Source of the DNA: Vicugna vicugna
Lineage: Eukaryota
Reading direction: 5' to 3'
DNA length: 64,000 nucleotides
Assembly (NCBI GenBank): GCA_013265495.1
Contig: MU061578.1
Location: forward strand, 4,227,308-4,291,307
In this document: in pieces, positions 38,701 through 47,049 of the stretch
Position numbering within the stretch: the stretch's first letter is position 1
Layout: every line of letters starts with the position of its first letter
Translations under genes and position numbers: made by a program
The notes under the pieces: generated by a model
Databases searched by the model: none
What the model saw: the letters and a program-made list of their open reading frames with translations, nothing else
Told to the model about the DNA's origin: nothing

Positions 38701-41700
38701 GACAGAGTTATGGAAGCACTAAGTTTTCTGGGTCAGAGAGGAGGAGGTGCTCCCTGGCGCTCACCCTCTGCCCGGGCCTTACCAGTGTTCCTGCTGGTGA
38801 TGGGAGAGGAAGATCCAGGCCACCTTGGCCTGGCCTCCCAACTCTGCCATCCCTTGAGGATTTCAGAAGTCAGCTCCCCGAGTGTGTCCCTTCTTGGGAA
38901 GGGTGAGGTGGCTTCTGGGGTCATGGCCTCCCTATTGGTTTCCCTGTCACCAGTCACTGCTCCACGGGGTTGATGTGTCATTCCTCTCGGTTGTCTGACT
39001 GGTCATATCTGAATGGTACTTGCCTCCACCAGAGTTCGCCTGTCCTCTCCTTGTCCGAGCTGTCCAGGGCTCCTCTCCACAACGGCTCCTCAAGCACCCG
39101 GCTCTCTCCACCCAACGTCTCTGCTCTGCTGGACATCTCCCTGCCCGGCCCACCCGAGGATGTGCTGTCGCAGGGAGAGCCCGCCACGCAGATCAGCGAC
39201 TCCATCATCGAGATTGCCATCAGCTCTGGCCAGTACAGTAAGGAGCAGGCCGCCCCGCACATCCTCCGGAGTTGGCTCCCCTCTGGCCCTGACCTATCTG
39301 AGTCGTGGCCAGCCTCTGGCTCTGTGGCCATTCAGCTCTCCTGGGCATTGAGCATCTGCACCTACAGGGCGCAGCCCAGCCTTGGCAGAGGCAACACATA
39401 TGACAGGGCCTAGACAGGACCTGGGCCTGTTCGTGGTCTGGCGGGACTGCCCCAGCCTTGGGAGACAGCCGGCCACGAGGCCTCTCCAGCCTGGGAATCA
39501 GGCAGGGCAGTGTCCTTGTTGGTTCTGAACCTGGGTGGATGTCTGCAGGGTTGCATGTTCTGAGAGGGGTTGGACCTGGTACCTGTCGGGGTTTGGGTTC
39601 TGCCAGCTCTTGGGGCCGGCACTGTGGTATTGGATGGTCGGCACTCGCTGGTGTAATTCAGACTGCTGATTCAGACAGAGCTGAGCTTACAGCCTGGCAG
39701 CGCGTGGCCGTGGGCAGGTCACCAGCTCATTTGGGCCTCAGCATTGAGTTGGGAACAGCGTGCACCTTTCAGAGCTGTGGTGGGCACCATGAGAGGGTTG
39801 AGGTGATGCTCTCAGCACAGGGCCTACCTCCATCAGCTGCGGCCCTTGTTGTTCTCTGAAGACAAGCACCTGTCCCTGCTGCTGGGGCATCCCCTGGCAG
39901 ACCCATGTTGTTCATTCTTAAGGAGCCCCAGCAGGGTCCTGGGCCTCTCTATTCGGCGGCACACGCTGTATGACCCCATGGCCTTCTTGGTGGCAGGTTG
40001 GGGAGGCGGGGCCTTTCACCCCCGTAGCATTTCTGACCCAGGATTTTGGTTGACAGGTGAAGGAGTCCCTCTTTCTCCAGCAAAACTGAATGGCAGTGAC
40101 AGTTCGAAGAGTCTTCCCTCCCCATCCAGCAGCCCCCAGCCAGACTGGATCGCCTCCCCCACCCACGACCCCCAGTGGTGCCCTAGCGACCCCACAGACT
40201 CATCGCTCAGCAGCTTGTTCGGTGAGTCCAAGAAGGGCACGTGGAGCTTTGTCCCGGATCAGCCCAGACCAGCAGGCTGGAGTCTAGACTTGCCACGCTC
40301 TCTGGCAGAACTCCCTAGAGGACTGTCCCTTGGATTTTAGGGCTGGTTTGTTTTTTGTATTACTTACATAAAGGAAAATGTCCAGACCCAGTGTGCAGGT
40401 CACTGGGCTTTGGCAAACATGCACACCCCTGTAACCACAGCCACTTACATCCCCAAGGACAGTCCCCTATGTCCCTCCCCAATCCATCCTGGTATCCTGG
40501 CCCCTCCCTGACTGGCGCTGGCTGTGGGCCAGGTGGTAGAGGCCCCGGGTGGGGCGGGAAGAGCCAGTGCCTTGTACTTTCTTGGCTCTTTCCCTCTTTC
40601 TGTCCTGTGAGTGTCCAGCTGTCTTGCCCACAGCCTGTTGGCTACAGACTGGAGCACTCACAGGATGTTCATTCTCACTGGGCACCAGGTACTCATGTGA
40701 TGGGAAGAGGGTGTTAGGGAAAGATGCACCAGCTTTGATTTCCTACACAGAGGAGCCCCTGTGGCACTCCTAGGATCATGCTCTTTGCATTTTTATTTTT
40801 ATTTATTTTTATTGGGGGAGTAATTCGCTTCATTTATTTTTAATGGAGGTACTGGAGATTGAACCCAGGACCTCGTGCATGTTAAGCACATGATCTACCA
40901 CTGAGCTCTACCCACCAACCTCTTTGCATTTTTAGAGAGCAGGCAGGGTGTGCATGTGGTCATTGTGACTGGTGGCCCCAGAGACAGACATACTATATAC
41001 GAGATGAACCTAGTCAGCACTGGTTCAGTGCAGGCACCATGCCTGACAGCCCAGAAGCTCTGGCCTGGGTGGTGAGGGGAAGTGGGCACCTGACGAGTGT
41101 TTCCTGCTTGGAGAGTCACATAGAACAGTACAGATTCTGCAGAGTCAAACAGAAATCATAAGAGATTGGAAACAACCTTACCTGGAGGTTGGGGTGACCA
41201 GACAGTGGAACACAGTGGGGCCCCTAGGAAAATGAGATAGACTTCCACGAGCTGCACGGGGAGCTCTCGCAGGCTCACCATGGGAGGAGAGGCCTGTGCG
41301 GCCTGGATCCTCCCCTGGATTGATGCAGACCAGGCCATCTCAGGGCACTTTCCTCCTCCCTGCAGCGAGCTTCATCTCCCCAGAGAAGAGCCGGAAGATG
41401 CTGCCAACCCCTGTCGGGACCAACAGTGGCACCTCCCTGCTGGGCCCCAGCCTCCTGGATGGGAACTCCCGGGACTCGTTCGTGTCCAGGTCCCTGGCTG
41501 ATGTCGCAGAGGTAAGTGCACCACCTCACACCCAGTCCCAACCGCCACCCCCCATCCAGCATGGCCAGACCCCTCCGGCAGACCTGTTTGGTTATTCAGA
41601 ACTGCTTGCTAAGACTTGCACTTGAGGAGGTGGTGTTTACAGACCCAGGTCTCTAACTCCTGAAGGGAAGCTCTGAGCTCTGCCAGTACTGGGCCAGGGT

Positions 41701-43016
41701 TCAGGCTGCTCTGAGTAACAGCTGAGCTGCGGAGGCACCTGGACCTGGAAGCCCCAGAGCCAGAGTTGAGCACAGGGCTCTGAGTCCGGGAGCAGCAGTT
41801 CCCAGATGCCGGCTCCCTGGTCTGTCGGGGTGTTCCTGGGGTTCCCTCAAGCATCTCATAGTTAGATACCTGGGGGAAGCCCTGGATGGAACAGAGCTCA
41901 CACAGCTGCTTCCCAGGACTCCTCAGCTTCTTGGTGTCCTGGCATGAATCTCGAGATTAGAAGGGATTTTGAAAACAAATCTCACTGTTTTTGAAATTTC
42001 TTATAATAAAAAGCATACAATCAGTTCCTGCCACAGCTCTACTCAGAATTCTCTAAAGGCTTCTCATTTGTTCGTTACATCAAGCAGCTTATTAACGAAT
42101 ATTTATTGAGGGCTTGCTGGGTGGCAGGCACTAATACAGGCGCTGCCTGGACAAAGCAAAGGCCCCATCCTCACGAGGCTTCCAGTCCAGCGCAGGAGCA
42201 GGCTGAACCCCTGGCTCTGCCCAGAGAACACAGCCTGATGCCAGAGGCCCTGCTCTGTACACTCCATCTCTCTCCTTCTCCACTCCTCACCTCACTCACT
42301 GTCCCCCCACCATTTTCCTCGTTTCCTGAACAGCCGAACCTGTTCCCACCTCAGGCTTTCCCACCTCCCACCTTGGTACTTGCTGTTTCCTCTTATGGGA
42401 ACGTGCTTCCCTCAGGTCCTTACCTGACTTGCTCCCATACTCCTGCTCTTACTTCACCTCAGAAAGCCCTCCTCTGACACACATGCCCACGGTGACTCTC
42501 CCTTTCTCCACTCCCATCTCCTTTGGGCCGCCCCAGTCTCTGCCTCTGTGCCCTCTGCCTCTTTGTCCATGGACCGTCTTCACCCAAAAGCCTGATGTGG
42601 AGGGACCTACCACTCTGATCCTGACAGCTAGACGGCCCCGGCTCACAGTAGGCTCTGGGGCACATTTGTCCAAAGAGTGTGTGTTGAGAGCGACAGAGGT
42701 GATTCTAAAGTTCTCCCTGGAATGTGGGGCCACCCTGATGTGGCTGACCGGGGGGACTCTAATCCTCACTGTAGAGAGACTTGCACTGAAGTCCAGACCG
42801 GGGGCCAGCCGCCTGATGATGTGGCCTTCCCTCATGTCCTCTCTCCCGCAGGTCGTGGACTCCCAGCTGGTCTGCATGATGAACGAAAACAGCATTGATT
42901 ATATATCTCGGTTCAACGACCTTGCCCAAGAGCTGTCCATCACTGAGCCTGGCCGCCGAGAGGTTCTGTTTGATGGTGGTGGAGGTGGCCCCCCAGTAAG
43001 TGACCTGTCCCAGTGA
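5528..43016 (+). CDS. CRAMP1: CRAMP1 (cramped chromatin regulator homolog 1), 5'-partial spliced CDS: join(5528-5721,10546-10699,16060-16143,19323-19371,25970-26055,26452-26575,27681-27762,28212-29378,31736-31913,34177-34358,34451-34525,36544-36625,37557-37661,37883-38061,38442-38504,39033-39237,40057-40221,41366-41511,42852-43016)
   Basis: 19 AG/GT-bounded exons splice in frame (3485 nt) into a protein matching recalled mammalian CRAMP1, from the SANT-like region (RRQWESWSTEDKNTFFEGLYEHGKDFEAIQNNIALKYKKK) to the C-terminus ...GGGGPPVSDLSQ*. The start codon exon is not in the window. Confidence 0.96.
6277..6455. mobile_element. MER58A-like DNA transposon remnant
   Basis: cagg..ggcaac.gtggccc...aataaagttttatcagaacacagccatgcc. 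Confidence 0.6.
8740..9840 (-). mobile_element. Old L1MC-type LINE 3' region
   Basis: Diagnostic L1MC4/5-like blocks: gaaaaagttgcaaaaag...cacattgcatttagttgtcatg...ttctggcaccacaagat.ttccagactcaccttgtattttcc...gaaaccaagatctggg. Confidence 0.65.
10546..10699 (+). CDS. CRAMP1: CRAMP1 coding exon 2 of 19 (SANT-like domain)
   Basis: ttttccag|CACGGA...GACAATG|gtgagc; HGKDFEAIQNNIALKYKKKGKPASMVKNKEQVRHFYYRTWHKITKYIDFDN. Confidence 0.96.
11505..11712. mobile_element. MER58A-like DNA transposon remnant
   Basis: cagatggtaaatactttcgg...gttctaacaaaactttatt...ggtttgct. Confidence 0.6.
12589..13115 (-). mobile_element. Younger 5'-truncated L1 3' end (artiodactyl/camelid type) with poly(A) tail
   Basis: poly(T), then ttattgaaatgtagtcagtttacagtgttg...tagattccacatatgagtgatatcata...ggtccatccatgttgctgcaaatggc; degenerate TSD ttatacttgatttt (12575) / ttatacttaagttt (13116). 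Confidence 0.8.
13619..13651. repeat. Alternating purine-pyrimidine (TG/CG)n tract
   Basis: gtgtatatgtgtgtgtgtgcgtgcacgtgcgca. Confidence 0.75.
14560..14800 (-). mobile_element. Old L1MB-like fragment
   Basis: gtttgcctgttctgaacac...ggagtcacacactgtgtggccttctgtgtctggcttctctcactgagcat. Confidence 0.55.
16060..16143 (+). CDS. CRAMP1: CRAMP1 coding exon 3 of 19
   Basis: ttcccag|TGTTCTCT...GGCT|gtgagt; VFSRGLKKSSQELYGLICYGELRKKIGG(C). Confidence 0.95.
19323..19371 (+). CDS. CRAMP1: CRAMP1 coding exon 4 of 19 (49 nt)
   Basis: tttccatttaag|GCATGGAC...GCTGG|gtgagt; (C)MDDKNASKLNELIQA(G); too short for the ORF track. Confidence 0.93.
21830..22130 (+). mobile_element. Old L1MC/L1MD 3' UTR fragment
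   Basis: ggagaaacttgacag...acctcagccaggagatcaaggtcatcttcaacagtgacaagtca. Confidence 0.55.
22540..23200 (-). mobile_element. Old L1M fragment (ORF2 3' end, antisense)
   Basis: gtggtgtctcattgtggtttcgatgtgcatttccctggtgactaatgatgtcgagcatcttt...tttgatgaagtccaatttatc...tttgaattaatttttgtg. Confidence 0.8.
24345..24428. repeat. Degenerate (GGAT/GGAC)n simple repeat
   Basis: ggatgggtgggtgggt...gatggatggatggatggacagacggacagatgg. Confidence 0.7.
25970..26055 (+). CDS. CRAMP1: CRAMP1 coding exon 5 of 19
   Basis: ccttcccag|GGCCACC...GACG|gtaggt; ATTVRYKGRNLRIKAPMCRALKKLCDPD. Confidence 0.95.
26452..26575 (+). CDS. CRAMP1: CRAMP1 coding exon 6 of 19
   Basis: cctgtcgcag|GCTTGAGT...CTCAG|gtagtg; (G)LSDEEDQKPVRLPLKVPVELQPRNNHAWARVQSLAQNPRL(R). 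Confidence 0.95.
26970..27325 (-). mobile_element. Old L1MB-like 3' end
   Basis: tttttagattcaggtaaaattcacataa...ttccagaaattttcatctcccc...gcctgttctggacatttcacgtaaataggatcatac. Confidence 0.6.
27681..27762 (+). CDS. CRAMP1: CRAMP1 coding exon 7 of 19
   Basis: ttctatgtag|GATGATC...AGAATT|gtatcttttt; MIVELHRKVSSLIEFLKQKWALHEVRI; followed by a U12-type donor. Confidence 0.92.
27763..28211 (+). other. CRAMP1: U12-type (minor spliceosome) GT-AG intron of CRAMP1
   Basis: Donor GTATCTTTT (one mismatch to the U12 consensus RTATCCTTT); perfect U12 branch site TTCCTTAAC at 28193-28201, ending 10 nt before the exon; no polypyrimidine tract. Confidence 0.85.
28212..29378 (+). CDS. CRAMP1: CRAMP1 coding exon 8 of 19 (large 1167-nt exon)
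   Basis: gtgctcag|CGGAAGACT...AGGCTC|gtaagt; RKTLEERQLQDS...LAQQLREEGWNLQTSESLTLAEVYLMMGKP...KQRLLSCLLKLISTEVNPRL; part of ORF 27990-29486. Confidence 0.95.
30704..30843. mobile_element. MER5A-like hAT-Charlie MITE
   Basis: gtggttcccaaagtagggtccc...tcacctgggaacttgtcagagatgcaggttct...gattctgatgcagctcaggtatgagaa. Confidence 0.7.
31736..31913 (+). CDS. CRAMP1: CRAMP1 coding exon 9 of 19
   Basis: tttctgtctcag|GCTCCTGAA...TCAG|gtgagg; APEANTGSMASARPAQEEPSTTPPGKVVTVSSRSPRCPRNQ...APCSS. Confidence 0.92.
33645..33856. mobile_element. MER58A-like DNA transposon remnant
   Basis: caaggatcagcaaac...cacagccacgctcact...gcagagctgagt..caacagagaccgt...tatctggc...gctgacctctgg. Confidence 0.6.
34177..34358 (+). 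CDS. CRAMP1: CRAMP1 coding exon 10 of 19
   Basis: cttctcctctag|GTTTGAGA...ATCAGT|gtaagt; (G)LRNPPRHLLVAGP...GGLFAVPTTLPPNSRHGKLFSPSKDTELTFRQHLNSIS. Confidence 0.94.
34451..34525 (+). CDS. CRAMP1: CRAMP1 coding exon 11 of 19
   Basis: ttccttacag|ATGCAG...GTCCAG|gtcagg; MQSDFFLPKPRKLRNRHLRKPLVVQ. Confidence 0.94.
35380..35650 (-). mobile_element. Old L1MB-like 3' end
   Basis: tacgtaattcacag...gtggtttttagtacgttcacaagattgtgcaacc...gaacattttcattacccc...aaatggaatcacacagaatacgtggtc. Confidence 0.6.
36544..36625 (+). CDS. CRAMP1: CRAMP1 coding exon 12 of 19
   Basis: ttccctccgcag|AGAACA...ACTG|gtaagc; RTLLPRPSENQSHNVCSFSILSNSSVT. Confidence 0.94.
37557..37661 (+). CDS. CRAMP1: CRAMP1 coding exon 13 of 19
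   Basis: gtcctcacag|GGCGAGGC...GCCA|gtaagt; GRGSFRPIQSSLTKAALSRPIVPKVLPPQAPGHLA. Confidence 0.94.
37883..38061 (+). CDS. CRAMP1: CRAMP1 coding exon 14 of 19
   Basis: ttctcttgccag|GTGCGATT...GTAGGG|gtgagt; (S)AIDLAAKSAGIIPGSPLPVLDAEGLPGISPLSSDEV...PDVG. Confidence 0.92.
38150..38225 (-). mobile_element. tRNA-derived SINE head (camelid vic-1-like), no tail
   Basis: gaacccaggaccttgtgcatgctaagcatgcattctaccactgagtataccctcccc; reverse complement carries Pol III A and B boxes. Confidence 0.75.
38442..38504 (+). CDS. CRAMP1: CRAMP1 coding exon 15 of 19
   Basis: tgttcttgcag|GGCACA...TTTCAG|gtagaa; GTGDPFISVPSRQEPVADSFQ. Confidence 0.88.
39033..39237 (+). CDS. CRAMP1: CRAMP1 coding exon 16 of 19
   Basis: cctccaccag|AGTTCG...TACA|gtaagg; SSPVLSLSELSRAPLHNG...ALLDISLPGPPEDVLSQGEPATQISDSIIEIAISSGQY. 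Confidence 0.92.
40057..40221 (+). CDS. CRAMP1: CRAMP1 coding exon 17 of 19
   Basis: ttgacag|GTGAAGGA...TTCG|gtgagt; EGVPLSPAKLNGSDSSKSLPSPSSSPQPDWIASPTHDPQW...SSLSSLF. Confidence 0.94.
40796..40919 (-). mobile_element. tRNA-derived SINE (camelid vic-1-like) with perfect 15-bp TSD
   Basis: A-rich tail plus tRNA-like head; TSD ctctttgcattttta at 40781-40795 and 40920-40934. Confidence 0.88.
41366..41511 (+). CDS. CRAMP1: CRAMP1 coding exon 18 of 19
   Basis: cctccctgcag|CGAGC...GCAGAG|gtaagt; (A)SFISPEKSRKMLPTPVGTNSGTSLLGPSLLDGNSRDSFVSRSLADVAE. Confidence 0.95.
42852..43016 (+). CDS. CRAMP1: CRAMP1 terminal coding exon (19 of 19)
   Basis: ctctcccgcag|GTCGTGGAC...CAGTGA; VVDSQLVCMMNENSIDYISRFNDLAQELSITEPGRREVLFDGGGGGPPVSDLSQ*. 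Confidence 0.96.
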   Translation, partial: VVDSQLVCMMNENSIDYISRFNDLAQELSITEPGRREVLFDGGGGGPPVSDLSQ

Positions 43017-46000
43017 CTACACCTTGTCAGGGGGGTCATCCTGGAGGCTGGGAAGAAGGCCTTTGGGGTTGGTGGTCCTCATGTCATATGTGTAGCCCTC
43101 TTCAGAGGAGAGAGAACATAAATTGAGCTCTGGACTCCCCAAAGACAGCCTGAACAGAGGCCCCTCTGCACCCCAGAATACGAGACACACAGGCAGCCAT
43201 GTCACATGAGGCTGAGAGCAGCGGTGGTCCAGGAGATGAGGAAGCATCCTGGAAGGCCAGTGTTGGATGTGGCTGAGGTGCTGGCGCGGCCCCCTGCTGG
43301 GCTGGGGCGCATTATGGTCTGCGTAGTGCCCGTGCTTCCGCCTCGGGTGTTGTGTTGGATGTTCTGGCGGGTTTTCTTTCTGAGAGAAAAGAGTAGGTGT
43401 GGCTGTAGTCATTAAGTCCTGGGAGCAGTGACCTCCCGTTCTCTGCGGAGAGGCTCCAGGCTGCTGCTTGCTTGCTGCCAAACCTGCGCTGTGCTACAGT
43501 TGTTCTCTCTGCAGAATGACGACAGGGAGGGCAGCTGGGCACGGCCTGGGCTCTGCCCCGTGGTGTCTGCACCGTGCAACAGCGGGCACTTCAGAGGACA
43601 CTGAACACAGGGCAACAGGAGGGGCCCAGGGCAGCTGCACAGGTGCCATCTCCCCGGAAATCCTGACCTTGCCCAGTGCTTCCCTTAGCTGGAGGTTGTG
43701 TTCTGACTGCCCTAACAGGAAGGGAGGGAGAGAATCGTGTCTTACGCAGGTTTTGTGGACTTTTAAAAAAATTCTGCTAAGCTGGTTGGAAAATGGTTTT
43801 CTTGTGTTTTAAGAATTAGGAGACGTGTAAGAAGCAGAGCAGAGTCCCTGTTTGGCTTCTGCCCTGTGTCTGTCTGCGAATTTCTTCTAGGTGGTCTAGG
43901 ACATTACTTCTCTGTAGTAGGAGAACTCCTGAGCACTTGTTTGACTATAGATAAGACTTTCCTAAAGAGTTCTTGAACTTCTAACGTTACTGCCTAGCAT
44001 CAGGGACAGATGCCCTTTGCAGGGAAAGTCCTCTCGTTCAGAGTCTCCTCTTCCTTTTGCTGGTATCATTGCACAGGATGCCCCGGTGCATATATCTCAT
44101 CCCTGCTTGTACTTTTGCCCCGTGGTCTCCTGTTTCTCTTCTTCCCATTCAGGGAATCCAAGCAAGGTCAGGCATCTGGGTGCAGGCAGAGCCTGCTGAA
44201 ACCACATCCCTCCGGTGTGCTCCTTGAGCATCCTCAGGGGACCAATTGTCACCTCGGCAGGTGGTCCACTATTCAGTCTTTCCCAGAATGGCGCTAACAG
44301 GGCTCTCTGTCTCCTCAGCCTGGGCGCAGTGGTGGGGGTAGGGGGTTTCGTCCAACACAAAACCCGCCATCCAGCCACATCCCCGTGTCTGGGTGCCAGT
44401 GCCACGGTTTGGGTAGGTAATCCCTCCACCCGGCAGCCAGAATCAGTACAGCTTCTTGAACTGTCTCTGTTCCTCACCTCCCTCTTCCCCAGCTTGCTGT
44501 GGAGTGGCAGCCTTCAGGGCCAATCCTGGCTCTCTCCACTGGCCTCTCCCGGTCTGCCAGAGGAGGTGAGCCAGTGTGAAAAGGAAGAAGGTTCTCTGCG
44601 TGGATGATCAGAGTCGCTGCCCTTGACTCCATGGCCTTGCCAGTGGCTGCAGCCACTTTAGATGTAGACATGGTCATTCACGCCAAGTCTTGGAGGAAAC
44701 AGAGGACATCTGGCCTCCAGGCAGTAGCTTCCTCCCTTCATCTCACGCTTCTCTCAGAGCGCTTGCCTGTGAGGTGGCTTCCCTCCTTCAGGTCTGGATC
44801 TAGGCCCAGACATCACTAACAAAGGCCAGTGTGGGCAGCTTTTCTGGGCTCTTAAGAAAATAGCCCCAAAGCTCCAGAAGACCGAGAGAGGGGATGTGCT
44901 ACCACTTTGTGAAGATAGACAGCAGTATTTGAATCCAGAGTATCTTTAAACTAACTACTGTGATCAATAGATCACCTTCCTGAAAGGAGCACCTTATTGA
45001 GCCAGACAAGGTCTGTAGGTCGCTCTCTGGGCATCTGACTTGGTTAGATTCACAGTAGGTCAGGCTGAGTTTGGGTCGCTGCTGACTTTCTCATAGAGAT
45101 GTCAAGTAACATCACCGAATCAGTGCTGGGGGCAGTGTGCACCTTGCCAGGGACTGTTGAGGTCTGGAGCTGCTTATCCATCAGGGGACACCCTGAGGTA
45201 GGCTGGTGGGTAGGTTGACATCTAGAGGGAGGAAAACTCTGAAGGTTTGGGTCAGCCTTTGTAGGCCTTTATGTAGCAGCACCTCCTGCTTGGGCCTCTT
45301 GAGTAGGCGCCATCAGGGCCAGCGTTGTCCAGTGGGGAGGTGGTATCCAGAGGAAAGTGGACCGACTGACGCTTCTCGCCTGTGACAAAGCTGATGTGAT
45401 TACAGAGAACTCTGCTTCTGTAGCAACCAGCTGTATTAAGGAAAAATAGTGTCATTTGTGGCATTAAAATGATGGCTGCATTTTCTCCCAGCCTAAATGA
45501 TTATATACATGTGAAAATAAGCAACTGTTAAAAGGCTAGAGTTTTTCAAAAGACCTCCCACTTCTGCCTCTTCCTTTGCCTTTCCAGCGGAAGTCGTGAG
45601 AGTCTCAGTGTGTCCCTGTGGCTCCCTTTGGGCATTTGAGCATGTTGTGTTTAAGACCAGATCAGTTGTTCAGAAAAATCTCTTGCCTAGTCACTCTAAT
45701 GTCATCTGGGATCTTTCAGCTGATTCATCTCTTTTAACAGTTGAGACTGAGTATCTCCGGTCTCAGGGGAGCTGGGTTTTGGCCTTGATTCTTTATTGTG
45801 ACTCTCCAGAGGTAAGCATTCCATACTTGAAGATGCATAGGCAAGATGAAGTTCATGATTCCACAGTAAGGTTCGTGGTGGCATTTTTCTCATCTCTGTA
45901 TGGTCTAGGTGTAGAGTACTTGCTCAGGGAGGGGAAACATTTCACCGGTTGATCTGCTTGCTTTCCCACATCTCTAGGTCCCTAGCCATCAGTCTCATTC

Positions 46001-46720
46001 TCTCTCATTCTGTACCATAGGCTCATCCCTGGTGGTACCGTTTCAGTTTAATAGCGTCTTGAACTAGATGACACCACTGAATCCGAATGTGAGCAAAGAA
46101 AAGTCATGGAATAAAAGACACTTAAAACAAAGGGAGGAGGAAAACAGCAGTTGCTTTTGCTTTTCTTTTTTAACACTGAGAACTAGCAGATGCGTTTAGG
46201 AGGAAATGTGGCACTTTGTCTTAAGAAAAACAAAAAAAGGAAACCCATAGCAAACCCTTCCTGACTGTCAGAGCTCTCCTAATCCTACAGTAACTTGTAA
46301 GTCATGTTAAGTGAGTTAAGTCTTGGAAGCACTACAGCAACCTGTGCCCTTTGTTCTGTAACAGGATTCCTGGCTCTCAAACTACAGTTGGGGCAGCAGA
46401 ACTTATTGCTGTTTCTTTTAATAATCGTTAAGCCATATCATCTAAGGTTTTCGGCTTGTTTTGAGATGTGAATTTGTTTTATAGATTATAAATATACATA
46501 TACAGTGTATGTATAAAGCTGAATGCCTGTCCTTCCTGATTATTTTTTGTACTATATTGTAAATTATATTATTTATTCTTTACCAGTTTTGGGAATAAAA
46601 GGTGTTTGGTTATTTAATATAATAAACAAAAGCTGTTAAACTTCTTATGTTTAAATTTCCAGTTCAACTTGTAAATCTGTTTTTATTATTGTGCATAAAT
46701 ACATACTAATACTTGATCTA
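43017..46720 (+). other. CRAMP1: CRAMP1 3' UTR (about 3.7 kb; end approximate)
   Basis: Follows the stop codon, has no obvious interspersed repeats, and ends in an AU-rich block with several AATAAA hexamers. Confidence 0.65.
46594..46626 (+). terminator. Candidate CRAMP1 polyadenylation signals
   Basis: AATAAA at 46594-46599 and 46621-46626 with U-rich sequence downstream; further AATAAA at 46110, 46842, 46860 and 46865. Confidence 0.6.
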
Positions 46721-47049
46721 ATAATTATTGTTTCTGCATTTTTCTTTTAAAACGTGCACAGAGGGTCTCTCCAGAGTCAGCCCACACTCTGTCTATGGAA
46801 TGTGTATCTACCTTTACTTTAACCACCCCCCCACATCCCTAAATAAATATTTTTACTCAAATAAAATAAATTTAAAATAAACAAAATGTACAGGTAGGAA
46901 ACAGCCCAAGTGGCTCTCATTTGGTGAGATCACACAGGAATTGATGAGCTGTCCATTGTGTAATTTAGGGAGAAAACACTGCAGAATTTGTTTTATTTTT
47001 GTTTTTTTGCCCACAAATGAGACAGCTGACACTGTCCCTTGCACCCACG

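Noticed and set aside
42429..42851. Open frame extending about 140 codons upstream of the last CRAMP1 exon, with three loose cctgatg(atg)tgg repeats
   Set aside because: A canonical acceptor at 42851 explains the coding part; the upstream peptide is not CRAMP1-like and the repeats are too degenerate to call.
44923..46217. miRNA seed-like 7-mers in the CRAMP1 3' UTR (CAGTATT at 44923, GCACTTT at 46211)
   Set aside because: Single 7-mers in 3.7 kb can arise by chance; conservation data would be needed.
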